Assembly (NCBI GenBank): GCA_964016885.1
Contig: OZ024740.1
Span: 245,148,001 to 245,212,000 of the forward strand
Origin: Eledone cirrhosa
Taxonomy: Eukaryota
Reading direction: 5' to 3'
DNA: 64,000 bases
How positions within the stretch are numbered: position 1 is the stretch's first letter; each line of letters begins with the position of its first letter. A program made the translations under genes and the position numbers. Under the pieces are notes generated by a model, which saw only the letters and a program-made list of their open reading frames with translations, had not been told where the DNA came from and did no database searches. This document shows positions 1-12,149 of the stretch, piece by piece.

Positions 1-239
1 CTTTCGTAAAAAATTCGACCGATATTATATTTATTTAACTTATCAAATGTTGGCAACAGTTACACTGGTTTGTTCTGAAAGTGCCAAGAAGCCGTGTGAC
101 GTCACAACCACCCATTCTGTCATTCTTAAGTTTTTATTGTGATGACGTCAAAAATAAAACCATCTGCTACCGAACTGCACATTTCATTGTTGTTGTTGTA
201 AACATAATGTTTTATAAATTCTAGTTCCATTCGTAAAGC

Positions 240-787
240 AGCTGCTGAAGTTCAAGTATCTCGGAGACGTGTTCACGAGTGATAAAAGTCTCAATTACGC
301 GTAAGAAGCTGGTGCAGTAATATGCCAGCTTCAGCATTCGGTCATTAGAAGAAGGGAGGTAGATGTAAAAGCCAAACTCGCTATCTTCAAATTGGTATTC
401 ATGCCAACCCTTACCTATGGTCATGAATCTTGGTTAATGACCTAAATGGGTTTCCACCGAAGGGATTGTGGAGTAACGTTACTCGATAAAGTGCGTAGAT
501 CGGAGATCAGAGATCAGAGAGTCTCTCCAGGTAGAGTCGCTACTTCTCCGAATTGAGAGACCACAGCCTTGATAGTATAGATATGTGGTTAGAATGTCTC
601 AGGAAAGAATCACTGGACACATTTTACGGGCAAAATCAACCGACAGGAGACCCAGGGGTAGACCCCGAGCAAGCTTGGCCGGTCTTGCTTGGGGATCTAG
701 TCGGATCAGTTGGAGACGGTTGCTTCTTACAGGACCCACGGGAAGGAGTGTTTGAAGACTCTGTCTCTATCCCAACCCTCTCAGGAA
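240..787 (+). mobile_element. RTE-clade LINE, 3' fragment (end of RT to 3' end), degraded
   Basis: Translates in pieces to KFKYLGDVFTSD, LTYGHESW and LDKVR..EIRESLQVESLLLRIER, typical of the RTE C-terminal region; ends at the (TAA)n tract 788-851. Confidence 0.75.
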
Positions 788-795
788 TAATAATG

Positions 796-851
<56 letters not shown>
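788..851. repeat. (TAA)n microsatellite shared as tail by the RTE fragment (+) and Tx1 element A (-)
   Basis: Direct reading. Confidence 0.95.
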
Positions 852-853
<2 letters not shown>

Positions 854-1113
854 TTTCTTTATTAACCACAAGGGTTTACATAAAGTAGACATTAAAGACA
901 GTGCAGGACAATGCAGGACGGTACAAATGGGCATTTCTGCGTGTAAAAAAACAAAAAGAGAGGATGTAACAAAAATAACAATGAAAATAACAATGAAAAA
1001 TTCCCCAATAGGGGGGAGACTTCGGAGGGACATTTGTGGAGAAAGCCCAGTAAAAAGCCACAATGACCCTGACCACCAAGGCAAGTGCCCTCTCCCAGTT
1101 TTCCACCTTTAGT

Positions 1114-4100
1114 TTACAGATATATACTCAGAGTCGGCCCATTCACTCGGGCCATTCTTGCTTCTCTCACCCATCTTTCAACAAAATGCTGGGAAGAGAG
1201 CACTTCCCTCTCTACTCTGATTTTCCTTTTCAAATGAAATTTGAAAAAGTCAATCAGAGCATCACCGAAGAGGTAAGTGCTCGTCTTCAGCCCTTTCAAA
1301 CGTGTCCACCATACTATCTCTTTCGCCATTGCCACCAGACAGATAAAAACTGCCTGCCCTTCCCAGCTAAAGGAGGAGGGCGGGGCAATCCTCACGATAG
1401 ACTCAGATGATAGCTGGATCCGTCCTAAACGCGACAGCAGGTGTTCGACATAAACCCACAAGTCAGCAATTTTCGGACACTGGACGAGTGCGTGCAGGAC
1501 GGTTTCGTCGCCCTGCGCGCATCTCGGACATGCCCGGCTGACGGCACCTCCATGCCTGTAGAGTTTATCCCGAACTGGCAAGGCTCCTCGGTAGCACTGC
1601 CAGGCCAGAGATTTCTGGAAGTTGTCCATAGGCCCTGGCCCGAAAGTTCTTCCGAAGAGATTGGCTAGTTGATTTTCGTCGACGCCTAGAGTTTCCCCAA
1701 GTACGTCGTCGCTCTTCCCCTCCACTAATCCTCTATAGAACGCCGAGGTGGAGTTTCCACCGATCACATTGCCCGATTGGTCGAGGGCTGTGAGCGCCTG
1801 AAGACATTCCAGTCTCCAGGCGCTCCCTCTCGGTCTTCGCTTGACCCAGGACTGCAGCTCCGTCAAGGAAACGAGCTGGGGAAAAACGCGTCTAGCAAAC
1901 GGCGACCACACCTGATCACCGTCGAGGAAGAGGTGGAGATGTCGTAGCCTGAGCGCGTGCCTGCGCATCATCAGCCACGGCATGCCCAGCCCTCCACGTA
2001 GCGGGTGTTGACAACAGATGGACCGCCTGACCATCGGAGCACGTCCCTTCCACAAAAAGCGAAAGAGCAAACGCTCCAGCGCAGTCAGGCGAGGCTTAGG
2101 ACAAGGTACGACGGTTAGGCGGTAGCAGATGACAGACGCGATGTACGCGTTAGCCACCTCCGCTCGACCTTTCAGGGATAGCTTCCTCTCCGCCCATTTC
2201 TGGGTGAGAGAAGCCACCCTGCTCGTCACCTCGTCCCAGTTTTTGTCCGTCTGGAGGTCCGGACCGAACCAGACCCCTAGCAATTTAACCGGTCCGTCCG
2301 TCCAGCGCCCGACGACGCTGTTGGACGGCATGGACCTGCCTCTCCAGGTGCCGAGCTGCAGGCCCACTGACTTTTCCTGGTTGATCATTGCTCCTGTCAC
2401 CGCTTCGTATTCTCTTAGTGTAGTGCCGATCGCCTCGATGTGTTTGGCGTTCGACACCACTACGGTGACATCGTCCGCATATGCTGACACGGATCTTCCG
2501 CATCCTAGTTCGCGCGGGACTCCCCTCAACGTCTCCAGTTTGTGCAGTAATGGCTCGAGAGTCAATACGTACAAGAGGGACGAGAGGGGACATCCTTGGC
2601 GGACCGAGCGCATGATGTTGAACGGTTCCGACAGGTGACCGTTCACTCTCACTACAGAGCAGATGTCGCTGTGCATGGCAGCGATCCAGCCTCTGAAGAC
2701 GGGCCCAAAGCCAGCCGCCCTCAGGACTGCCGCTAGGTAACGATGGTCGACCCTATCGAAAGCTTTCGACTGATCTAAATTGATCAAGGACCCACCCGTG
2801 CCAGGTTCCCTAGCTACCCTCTCTACGATGTATCGCATGAGGTGGAGGTTGTCGTGGATGGATCTGTCGGGAATGGCGCATGTCTGCGCCTCTCCCACCA
2901 GACCACCAACGACAAGCGCCAACCTCTTTGCTAGCACCTTGGCCAAAATCTTAAACTCTGTGTTTAGCAGAGTTATGGGCCGGAAATTGTCTATGTTATC
3001 CCCCTTGTTCGGATCCTTTCTCAGCAGTGCCACCGCTCCTCGGCTCACAGAACTGGGAATTCTCCCGTTCTGTTGCCAGTTGCAGTAGACGTCCGCCAAG
3101 AGGCCTCCGAACAAGTCTGGCATCTGTACGTAAAGTTCATAGGGCAGACCATCCAAACCAGGCGATTTACCCCTTGTGCAGCCAGTCATTGCCTCCCGTA
3201 CTTCAGCGGCTGTTATCGGCTTTTCGCAACACTTCGCCTCAGTGGCCGAGAGCCGCGGCAGTCCGTCGAGGTAGACACTAAAGTCCATCCCTCTACCCGG
3301 CCCCCCGCTTCCCCCGAACAGCTGAGCGAAGTGTCGCTGAAAAGCTTCACACATTTGCCCGGGATCGAGTAGCATGCGCCCGTCGTGGTCCACCAAAGAC
3401 CGGATCGTGGCTTTGTTGCCACGACGCGCCTCCGCCACTCGGGCCCATTGAACGGCTTTCGTCCCCTCGTGTCTGAGAGCACGCACCCTAGCTCTGACAA
3501 CGCAGCCTTCGTGCTTTGCATTGAAGAATTGGTCAAGGGCCAATTTCGCCGCAAGCACGTCGGTCGCAATGCCTTTGCTAAGCGCCTCGTCTAATTTTCT
3601 AACTAGTTCTCCCTCTGCTCTATTTTTCTCTATTGCTAAAGCCTTACTAAACCTAATCGATTCTATTCTAATCGCTCTTTTCAGAGCAAACCACCACTTG
3701 TTGTTGACGATGGCCCCCGTCAACGCCCGCTTAACTAGTTCGCTAATCCGGTCTCTGTAGGCCTTGCGCGCTGGTAAGGACGCGTTTAGCTTCCAGTAGC
3801 CGGGTCCTCGTCTATGAAGCCTATCTAAGTCAAGCACACAGATCACGAATTTGTGGTCCGTGTAGCTGACTATCTTGAATTGTGGACAGCCTATGCTAGA
3901 CCTATCTATTTCCCTACAAAATACTCTATCTAGATATGATCTGGATGACCCTATGCGGTTTGTCCAAGTCCACATTGGCACATTCGGGAAATCCAATCGG
4001 TACCTGTCAGACAGTTCAAAACGCCTGAGCAGGTTGGTGAGGCTCTTGCACCCTCCACCCCTATCCGCTAATCCCACACAGTCCCAGCGTGCATCTAAGA

Positions 4101-4533
4101 TCCCGTTCCAGTCGCCCACTAACACTAAAGAGCGGGACGTTCCAAGAAAGGTCTCCAGACGCCGGAAGAAATCAGGCCGCCCTGCTCCTGTCGGGGCATA
4201 GACGGCCACTAGCCTGAAAGCTTGCCCGTCTCCGCTGGTCACGTCCAGCACCACCAGCTTACCCTCTGGGTCCAGGAAGATGGCCCGTATGGCGAGATCC
4301 AAACCTCTCCGAAAAAGCACAGCAACTCCTCCACCCGATCTAGGACGGCTGGGAGATGCGTACACATCGTAGCCGCCGAAGATCGGTACGAAGGCCCGTG
4401 CTTCGGAGATTCTGGTCTCGCTGATGGCCACTACATCTATGTTTAGTGACCTGAGGTCGTTGAGCAGGTGACCCTGCTTCCATGACGACCCCAAGCCACG
4501 CGCATTTATGCTGCCTATTCTGAGTGAGGTCAT
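1114..4533 (-). CDS. LINE ORF2: APE endonuclease, reverse transcriptase and C-terminal zinc-binding domain (1139 aa)
   Basis: APE motifs INARGL, SET, VYAP, GDWN, YLDR, TDH; RT motifs KSPGLDG, FRPITLLN, DQSKAFDRV, RQGCPLS, YADD, LLGV; CPRC..DETVLHALVQC. Confidence 0.95.
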   Translation of the reverse strand: MTSLRIGSINARGLGSSWKQGHLLNDLRSLNIDVVAISETRISEARAFVPIFGGYDVYASPSRPRSGGGVAVLFRRGLDLAIRAIFLDPEGKLVVLDVTSGDGQAFRLVAVYAPTGAGRPDFFRRLETFLGTSRSLVLVGDWNGILDARWDCVGLADRGGGCKSLTNLLRRFELSDRYRLDFPNVPMWTWTNRIGSSRSYLDRVFCREIDRSSIGCPQFKIVSYTDHKFVICVLDLDRLHRRGPGYWKLNASLPARKAYRDRISELVKRALTGAIVNNKWWFALKRAIRIESIRFSKALAIEKNRAEGELVRKLDEALSKGIATDVLAAKLALDQFFNAKHEGCVVRARVRALRHEGTKAVQWARVAEARRGNKATIRSLVDHDGRMLLDPGQMCEAFQRHFAQLFGGSGGPGRGMDFSVYLDGLPRLSATEAKCCEKPITAAEVREAMTGCTRGKSPGLDGLPYELYVQMPDLFGGLLADVYCNWQQNGRIPSSVSRGAVALLRKDPNKGDNIDNFRPITLLNTEFKILAKVLAKRLALVVGGLVGEAQTCAIPDRSIHDNLHLMRYIVERVAREPGTGGSLINLDQSKAFDRVDHRYLAAVLRAAGFGPVFRGWIAAMHSDICSVVRVNGHLSEPFNIMRSVRQGCPLSSLLYVLTLEPLLHKLETLRGVPRELGCGRSVSAYADDVTVVVSNAKHIEAIGTTLREYEAVTGAMINQEKSVGLQLGTWRGRSMPSNSVVGRWTDGPVKLLGVWFGPDLQTDKNWDEVTSRVASLTQKWAERKLSLKGRAEVANAYIASVICYRLTVVPCPKPRLTALERLLFRFLWKGRAPMVRRSICCQHPLRGGLGMPWLMMRRHALRLRHLHLFLDGDQVWSPFARRVFPQLVSLTELQSWVKRRPRGSAWRLECLQALTALDQSGNVIGGNSTSAFYRGLVEGKSDDVLGETLGVDENQLANLFGRTFGPGPMDNFQKSLAWQCYRGALPVRDKLYRHGGAVSRACPRCAQGDETVLHALVQCPKIADLWVYVEHLLSRLGRIQLSSESIVRIAPPSSFSWEGQAVFICLVAMAKEIVWWTRLKGLKTSTYLFGDALIDFFKFHLKRKIRVEREVLSSQHFVERWVREARMARVNGPTLSIYL

Positions 4534-4568
4534 GTTTAAAATAGAGTGGAAAAGATGGGAAAGACCAC

Positions 4569-6701
4569 TTACCGTACTTTTGGTAGAGGAGGGATGGTTT
4601 TTACATCCCTTTTCACTTGATCGTCTGGTGAAGGGACCGTTGAATCGTCCCTTCGGCTGGTCGTCGGCTCTTCTAAGAGAATGTCTGAGTATACTCTTCG
4701 ATTGATGGTTCCTCCTAGGTCCCTGAAATCACCAACTGCGTTGGGGAATTTCGTTTTAATGTTTGTGTATTGTTTCTGTGCTATTTTTAGCAGTCTTATG
4801 TTAGTTGGCGTTTTGATTGGTGCTGGTATTATGTAGTCCTGTTGTGAAATGTCTGTGTGTTCAATTATGTAAGTCATTAGTTTCTTGTTGTGTGTATTTA
4901 TTGCCGTGCATTTGTTTTTCTGGGGGTGGGGTGTGGTTCTGCTATTTTCTTGTCGTTGTTGCTGGGTGTGTGTGTTTTGTTGTTGTGTTTGCGATGTTGG
5001 TGCTTGTGGTGGTGGTGTTGAAGGTGTTGTTGGCGGTGGGGTTGTCGCCGGTGGTGATGGTGGTGCTAGTGTGGGTGGTGATGGTGTTGGTGTTGTTGCT
5101 GCTGTGGGTCTCTTTGCAGTAGACTTTACCCTTTTCTCATTTCTTTCCTCCCTTTTCAAAGGCGACGATGCGCTGCTTCTGCGTTTGTGCCTTCTTACGA
5201 CCTTTTGCCATCTCTCTCCCACCTCACACTCCATGTCTGATTCTGTGAGGTCGGGGAGGGGTACCAACTCCACTCTTTCACTTGTTGTTGTTGGTGATGT
5301 TTGCACTGGAGTCTCTGTTGCAGCTGCATTTGGTATTGCTGTTGTTGTTGTTAGTATTTCCACTGCTGCTGCTGTTTTTGATTTCCGTGGAGTGGGTATG
5401 GGTGCCACGGGCCTATCGTTCCTGGTTGCCGCTTGTCCTGTTGCTGGTAGCCGTGGAGCCGGATTCGGAAGGAGGGGGGTTTTCTCCTTTCTCAGGGTCT
5501 TCTCGTTGCAGAAGGCCCTGAGGTGAGTCTTCGATCCACAGCGAAAGCATTTCGGGCGTTTGCCCTCAACACTTATGGGCAGTTGAGTGCCGTTATCGAA
5601 GTCTATCACATCCGGGATAGCTTCGATGCACTCCTGGTTGGTTTGGATTAGCATCTCAATGGAGGAGCCGACCCAATCTTCTCTTACTTTTTTCTGTACT
5701 TGCAGTACAGTTGTTTTGTCCTCGATTCCGACGAGGACAGACGCGGCCAGCCAAGAAGGGGTCATTCCGGGGGGGACGTGGGTCAGTTTGACCCTCACAA
5801 TTTTTTGCCCACAGTAGGAGGGCACCAACACCATTTCCTCGCTCCTTAGGGTCACTACTGATTGGGCCTTTGCCTCCTGGGGTGTGGCAAAAAGTACGTC
5901 TACGGTGGCATATTTTTTGCCTCGGGTGATGTGCGTTTTCCGCTGCCACACAGACCCCAAGGCTTTTTGTATTTGGGCCTCTGTGGCTCTTTCCACCCTA
6001 CGGGATTTTGTACTTACTGTACGGTACGTGACCGTACAGTGCTCTTGGGTTTCGAAAAAATTTTTCGCTGCCTTGCAGATTGCTCGGTGTCCGTTCTTTG
6101 TCACCATCTTCTTCGCTTCCTCTAATTCCTCATTTGTTATGAGGATTGTTTCCAAGTTTTTCGCAATACCTGCAAATGAGATTGGTTTTTCTCTGCTGTT
6201 GTTGTTGTCGTCAGAGCTGCTGGTACTTTTGTTGTTGCTGCAGGTACTACGACTACTGCCTCCGCCGCTGTTGCTGTGGTTGTTGTTGGTGTTGCTGCTG
6301 CTAATGCTGTTGTTGTTTATGCTGCTGGTGATGCTGTTGCGGCTGCTACTGTTGTTTTCATTGTCACTGTTGCTGTTGTTATTACGGCTGCTACTGCTAT
6401 TATTCCTGACGTCAGACGAATGAACTGGGTTTTCGTATTTCCCGCACACCTGTTTCGTCGCTGTCGTCGTCGTCGTGGAGAAACCTTGCACGCTTTGCAC
6501 GAGACTTTTCTTTTCTTTCGTCGCTTGCGAAAGAGAAGGGAGGGAGAGAGACACATTTAAAGAAGGGAGGGAGAGAGACAATCTTCTCTCTGCTGTAGTG
6601 ATGATTGAGGAAGAAGAAGACGGAATGAGTGGGAGTGACGTATGAAATTTCTTTTTCGTAGCCATGTTGTTTTTTTGTTTAAAATGAAATTTTGGGTACA
6701 A
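4569..6701 (-). CDS. LINE ORF1: nucleic-acid-binding protein with CCHC zinc knuckle and S/N/T/P low-complexity tracts (710 aa)
   Basis: CFRCGSKTHLRAFC knuckle; stops 35 nt upstream of the ORF2 ATG; homologous to ORF1 of element B. Confidence 0.88.
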   Translation of the reverse strand: MYPKFHFKQKNNMATKKKFHTSLPLIPSSSSSIITTAERRLSLSLPSLNVSLSLPSLSQATKEKKSLVQSVQGFSTTTTTATKQVCGKYENPVHSSDVRNNSSSSRNNNSNSDNENNSSSRNSITSSINNNSISSSNTNNNHSNSGGGSSRSTCSNNKSTSSSDDNNNSREKPISFAGIAKNLETILITNEELEEAKKMVTKNGHRAICKAAKNFFETQEHCTVTYRTVSTKSRRVERATEAQIQKALGSVWQRKTHITRGKKYATVDVLFATPQEAKAQSVVTLRSEEMVLVPSYCGQKIVRVKLTHVPPGMTPSWLAASVLVGIEDKTTVLQVQKKVREDWVGSSIEMLIQTNQECIEAIPDVIDFDNGTQLPISVEGKRPKCFRCGSKTHLRAFCNEKTLRKEKTPLLPNPAPRLPATGQAATRNDRPVAPIPTPRKSKTAAAVEILTTTTAIPNAAATETPVQTSPTTTSERVELVPLPDLTESDMECEVGERWQKVVRRHKRRSSASSPLKREERNEKRVKSTAKRPTAATTPTPSPPTLAPPSPPATTPPPTTPSTPPPQAPTSQTQQQNTHTQQQRQENSRTTPHPQKNKCTAINTHNKKLMTYIIEHTDISQQDYIIPAPIKTPTNIRLLKIAQKQYTNIKTKFPNAVGDFRDLGGTINRRVYSDILLEEPTTSRRDDSTVPSPDDQVKRDVKTIPPLPKVR

Positions 6702-6881
6702 AACCCCAATAACTGGTTATTTAACCCCGAAGGGCCAAATAACGGACAGAAAGACCCCTCTCACGAGGAGGAGGGTGTCTTTATCAACAATTTGGTTCAA
6801 GTTTTAAACAATTTACAATTGTTTTAACGGTTAAAAATTACTATACCTTACAGAGCCGAGCCTCCGTCAACCATGGCATTC

Positions 6882-6997
6882 AATAATAATAATAATAATA
6901 ATAATAAGAAGAAGAAGAAGATGAAGAAGAAGAAGAAGAAGAAGAAGAAGAAGAAGAAGAAGAAGAAGAAGAAGAAGAAGAAGAAGAAGAAGAAGAA
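6882..6997. repeat. Compound (AAT)n-(AAG)n microsatellite
   Basis: Direct reading. Confidence 0.95.
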
Positions 6998-7071
6998 AAA
7001 TGTCTTTCCTCTTTCCAATATAAAGCGTGAAACTAATAAGACTTTTTCTACCTCTATTTGTTGTCTCCTTG

Positions 7072-7790
<719 letters not shown>

Positions 7791-8141
7791 TACCATTTAG
7801 TATTTATCTATCTGAAATATGAACCCTACCTTTACTGATAGTTAGATTTAACACTGCAAAAACAAATTATATTAGATTTCACTGATACTTTTACGTCAGC
7901 AGTTCATTCCTTCTTGCTTCATGCTTCTTCGTTTCTCGGCAGCTGACGTCCATTGGAAGTGCAACTGTGCAACTTGTTTCATTACGTAAAGTGTTCCATC
8001 ACGGTTAGTAAACAAACCTAGACGTAAAACAGTCAAGTTACAACCAGCATCATTACTTATATTACTCAAGACTACATACAAATACCGGAGAGAGCAGATA
8101 AACATTGTTGAACTATAATAATCAGATGAACAAATGCAACC

Positions 8142-8210
<69 letters not shown>

Positions 8211-8279
8211 GGGGGAGAAGAGAGAGAGAGAATAAGGAAATACAAAGTTTAGATGATAAAGTCCTTTATTGATAAGGCT

Positions 8280-10860
8280 GTGATACATATTTCGAGGACA
8301 ACATTGGCTACGCGATTCAGCGTAGAATCCACTGCCATGCTCTCTTCAGACAGCATCTTACATAATAAGGTTACAATCAAGGAGGTAATCCAAAATTGAA
8401 GTGACAAGGGAACGGACAAACACCGATATTCATGAATCGAATATCCTTCATAGTGAGAGCCAATATAGCGGTTGTTTGTCCAAGATGGGCTACTTTGCTT
8501 ATCTATATTACCCTCACTCTGGGGCCTCCTGGCAACGTATTTATGCATGATTTTTGGTGATAAGCATAAAGTATTTCATCCATGAATTCACTGTAGTATT
8601 GCTGGGAAATTTGCCTGGGTGTGAGTTTTTGATTATCATGCAGGGAGCATTTCTCAAGGGGTTCCTTCCCAACTTTCATGATCTTATCTGTCTCATGTAG
8701 ATAGACTTGCTCAGTAGATGGGCTCCTATGCTTGGAGGTTCGTAGATGTTGTCGGGAGGATATGATGCGACACTCAAATGCTGTCTGGACTGATGTTAGG
8801 CCTCTGCCTCCCTGCTTACGTCTGAAGTAGAGGCGGTCTATGTCACTGGTGATGTGAAAGTTTCCAGTTTTGTTTAGGATTTTTCAGGTTTTAACATCAA
8901 TTTCTCGGATTTCATTTATCGTTCAATCGAGTATTCCAAACGTTGGTTTTAGGACAGGCACAGCAAACACATTGAGCCAGTGTTTTATTGTGTGCAGAGA
9001 TTTCATATGACCATATTTTTCTTAATCAGATGTAATATTCCCTGGTTACGCGTTCCTTGTTACAAATGCAATCATAGGATATATTCTCACGCAACCTTAG
9101 TTATCTGCAGCAGTCCTCGTCAGATATCGGTGAAACAGACCATTGATAAAAATGTTTCTGGATTGGCTTGTAGTTTTTCCCCGCTTTACAATCATATATG
9201 AACATTTATCCTGGCCAAACTCTATTCCTATATCTTTTGAGAACGTCGTAACCAAGTGAAGGTTTTTCTACATCCCATTTATGTTCTTGGCATAGAGTTT
9301 CAAGTCATCCACAAAGAAATTATTGGTTAGGTTTGTATTTCTGTCCTCCTGTTAGTCAATGATGTATCCTTTACATTTCTTGAACAGAAAGGACAAGGAG
9401 TTTAGTGATAGAATAAATAGCTGCATAGAGAGACTGTTTCCTTGAAATATACCCCTGTGATATTTTATTTTATCAGTGAAAGTAGAGTCCCCCTTTTCTG
9501 TTTTTAATTTTAAGATAGTAGCCCAAGAAAAAATATGTTCTCTATGGCCCTGATAATAGTGTCTGGGACTTTAGAAAGTCAGAGGGCCTCTATCATCCAA
9601 GAGTTGGGAACAGAATCAAATGCTCTCTTGTAGTCCAGCCAGACTGTAACCGTATTCCTCCTGTGTCTCCGCACCTCTGACATTAGGAGTTGTTTAGCAC
9701 ACTCCCAAACACCTTTCTTTTCAGCTGCTTGTTCATCTGTGATGATGTTATTATTTTTGGAGGCGGTGGATTGGCAGTATCGGTAGAAGGTCCGACGCCA
9801 TGCTTTGACGCATAAAGTTACGGCCCTTGCCATTCTGAGTTTAAATTCCACCGAGGGTAACTTTGCCTTTCATCCTTATGGAGTCGATAAAATAAAGTAT
9901 CAGTAATGCACTGGGTAATTGCTGGCCTTGTGCCAAAAGTAGAAATAATTATTTTTGGAGAAATAGGTTCTGGAAGGCTGTATGCATCTTATGCATTAGG
10001 TTCTGACATACAATGGGTCGCTAGTTTTTTGCCAAGTGGGTGTCTTTGTTCTTGGGGACCAATATTGTTTGTGCTAATGTCAACCACCCTGGTATATGTG
10101 CATCTCCCTTGAGAGTTTGCTGGTAGAGGTTGATAAGATACATCCGATAAAATGTCAGTCTTTTTTTGTACCGATAGCCAACAATCAAGTCTCTTCGTTA
10201 TGTTTTCTTATCTTGGAGTTTTCCTGTCACAGTATCAATGGTATCATCATTTATTCTGTATGATTTTGTTGTAGTTCTTTTGGATTTCGTTTAGCCACAC
10301 TGTATCTTGATTGAAATTCTTCTTTTCACCGAATCTATGTCTTTCTGGGATGGCGCCTCGGTGACATTTATTAATTTACCCTTCATATCTCTAAACTGAT
10401 GTTTGGTTTCGTCTGAATCTTTTATTAGTTATTTTTCTTTCAGCCACCCTCTTCTGGCATTGAAGTTTCTCGCTAACAGCTCTCAATTCTTGTTTAAGGC
10501 TGATCAGCTTATATTGAAGAATTCTGGTTGTATTGTTTCCAAATATCGTTTCTATTTTATTTTTCACTCTTTGTAGTTTTTGGGGTTTTTGTTTGCATGC
10601 GGAGAGCATTGTCACATATCCTATGGTTTTCTGTAGGTCAGCAATCTTTTTTTTTTCTATTTTAGTTATATATAATGGTAGCTTTGGTGGTATTTTGTTT
10701 TTGTTAACATCTCTGTTATCACCAAGACAATGTTTCACTGTCGTTGCCAGGGCATATAAACAGACATTGATTTGCCAAAATGTAGGGGTTTTAATTAGTC
10801 GTAAATATTCATCCCCAATTTCATCAATAGCATGCGGGATGTCATTCTTTAGTTTCTTTT
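8280..10860 (-). mobile_element. Degraded R4/Dong-like RT retrotransposon, interrupted by a SINE
   Basis: Fragments VWLDYKRAFDSVPNSWMIEAL, GIFQG-like, FFVDDLK-like and DRLYF..R..GGRGL; many stops and frameshifts. Confidence 0.75.
9763..9947 (+). mobile_element. tRNA-derived SINE with 13-bp TSD
   Basis: A box TGGCAGTATCGG, B-box-like GAGTTTAAATTC, conserved body GCCTTTCATCCT..GTCGATAAAATAAAGTA; TSD ATTATTTTTGGAG at 9750-9762 and 9948-9960. Confidence 0.85.
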
Positions 10861-11315
10861 TGTTTAGTATTGTTGTTTTTTGTATGTCTGTATGTATGTT
10901 TAGTATTGTTATTTTATGTCTGTATGTATGTTTAGTATTGTTGTTTTATGTATGCCTGTATGTATGTTTAGTATTGTTGTTTTATGTATGTATGTATGTT
11001 TAGTATTGCTGTTTTATGTATGTATGTATGTTTAGTATTGTTGTTTTATGTATGTCTGTATGTCTGTATGTATGTTTAGTATTGTTGTTTTATGTATGTC
11101 TGTATGTATGTCTGTATGTTTAGTATTGTTGTTTTATGTCTGTATGTATGTTTAGTATTGTTGTTTTATGTATGTCTGTATGTCTGTATGTATGTTTAGT
11201 ATTGTTGTTTTATGTATGTCTGTATGTCTGTATGTATGTTTAGTATTGTTGTTTTATGTATGTCTGTATGTCTGTATGTATGTTTAGTATTGTTGTTTTA
11301 TGTCTGTATGTATGT
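10860..11315. repeat. Minisatellite of ~30-40 bp units (TGTATGTTTAGTATTGTTGTTTTATG plus TGTA/TCTG repeats)
   Basis: About a dozen variable units read directly. Confidence 0.9.
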
Positions 11316-11570
11316 GACAAAGAATGTCGATCTGTAGCAGGACTGAAGCGACATATGAAGGTTCACAGGCAACCTGATGCAAGACCTGAGGTCAGGGAGA
11401 TCCATAGTTGTCGTCAATGTGCGAAGGAGTGCAAGTCTCTAGCAGGCTTGAAAAGCCATATCCAAGCCTCACACATGTGAATTTGACAAGCGATTGCAAT
11501 AATCTTAGCGTGAGTTTGCATCCATCTTGCATGTATGTATGTACGTATGTACGTATGTACGTATGTATAA
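11305..11570 (+). mobile_element. Two C2H2 zinc fingers followed by a stop and a (TGTA)n-like tail; probably the 3' end of an RTE-type LINE
   Basis: VCDKECRSVAGLKRHMKVH and CRQCAKECKSLAGLKSHIQASH; no TGEKP linker. Confidence 0.5.
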
Positions 11571-12048
11571 TTGTGTGTGTGCCTGTGTGGGGCAGTGTTA
11601 ATGACCTTCTGGCACAGTAAACACCTTTCTAGTAGAATGACGTCAACAATCACAACTGTTTCTGTTGATAGACTGTCCTTACTCTATCATTCAGATCGAA
11701 CCAATAGTTCAAGTTTCAATTATTGATCATCTGCTACATTGAGGAAGAAGGGTGTAATCACTTCTCAACTTACCTGAAATAGCAACCAAATCTCACGTAA
11801 ATCACACGCTACCGACTTAAATAACGAAAGAATATACTGGAAAAATATAGTTCCAGATCTACCTGTCTAAAAGCGGAATAAGCCGAGTGCCTATGTTAGA
11901 AATGTTTATTATATAAACACATAACATTGGGAAATTTACTCTAGCTGGCTAAAAACATATTCAGATGGTATCTGAATATAACAACGATGAAAACAACAAA
12001 CCCATAAAAAGCAATAAATAAAAGTAAAATTCAACAAAAACAACAGCT

Positions 12049-12052
<4 letters not shown>

Positions 12053-12124
<72 letters not shown>

Positions 12125-12142
12125 TATATATATATACATATA
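12053..12142. repeat. (TC)n and (TA)n microsatellite
   Basis: Direct reading. Confidence 0.95.
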
Positions 12143-12149
12143 TAAAATC

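Larger units (their letters stand above)
852..6881 (-). mobile_element. Full-length, apparently intact Tx1-type (L1-clade) LINE, element A
   Basis: Two uninterrupted ORFs; 3' UTR ends AATAAAGAAATC-(ATT)n; the 5' end also abuts a (TTA)n tract. Confidence 0.9.

Noticed and set aside
2129-6560. Antisense ORFs within the Tx1 elements
   Set aside because: Expected shadows of GC-rich or low-complexity coding sequence; recurrence in copies reflects DNA identity only
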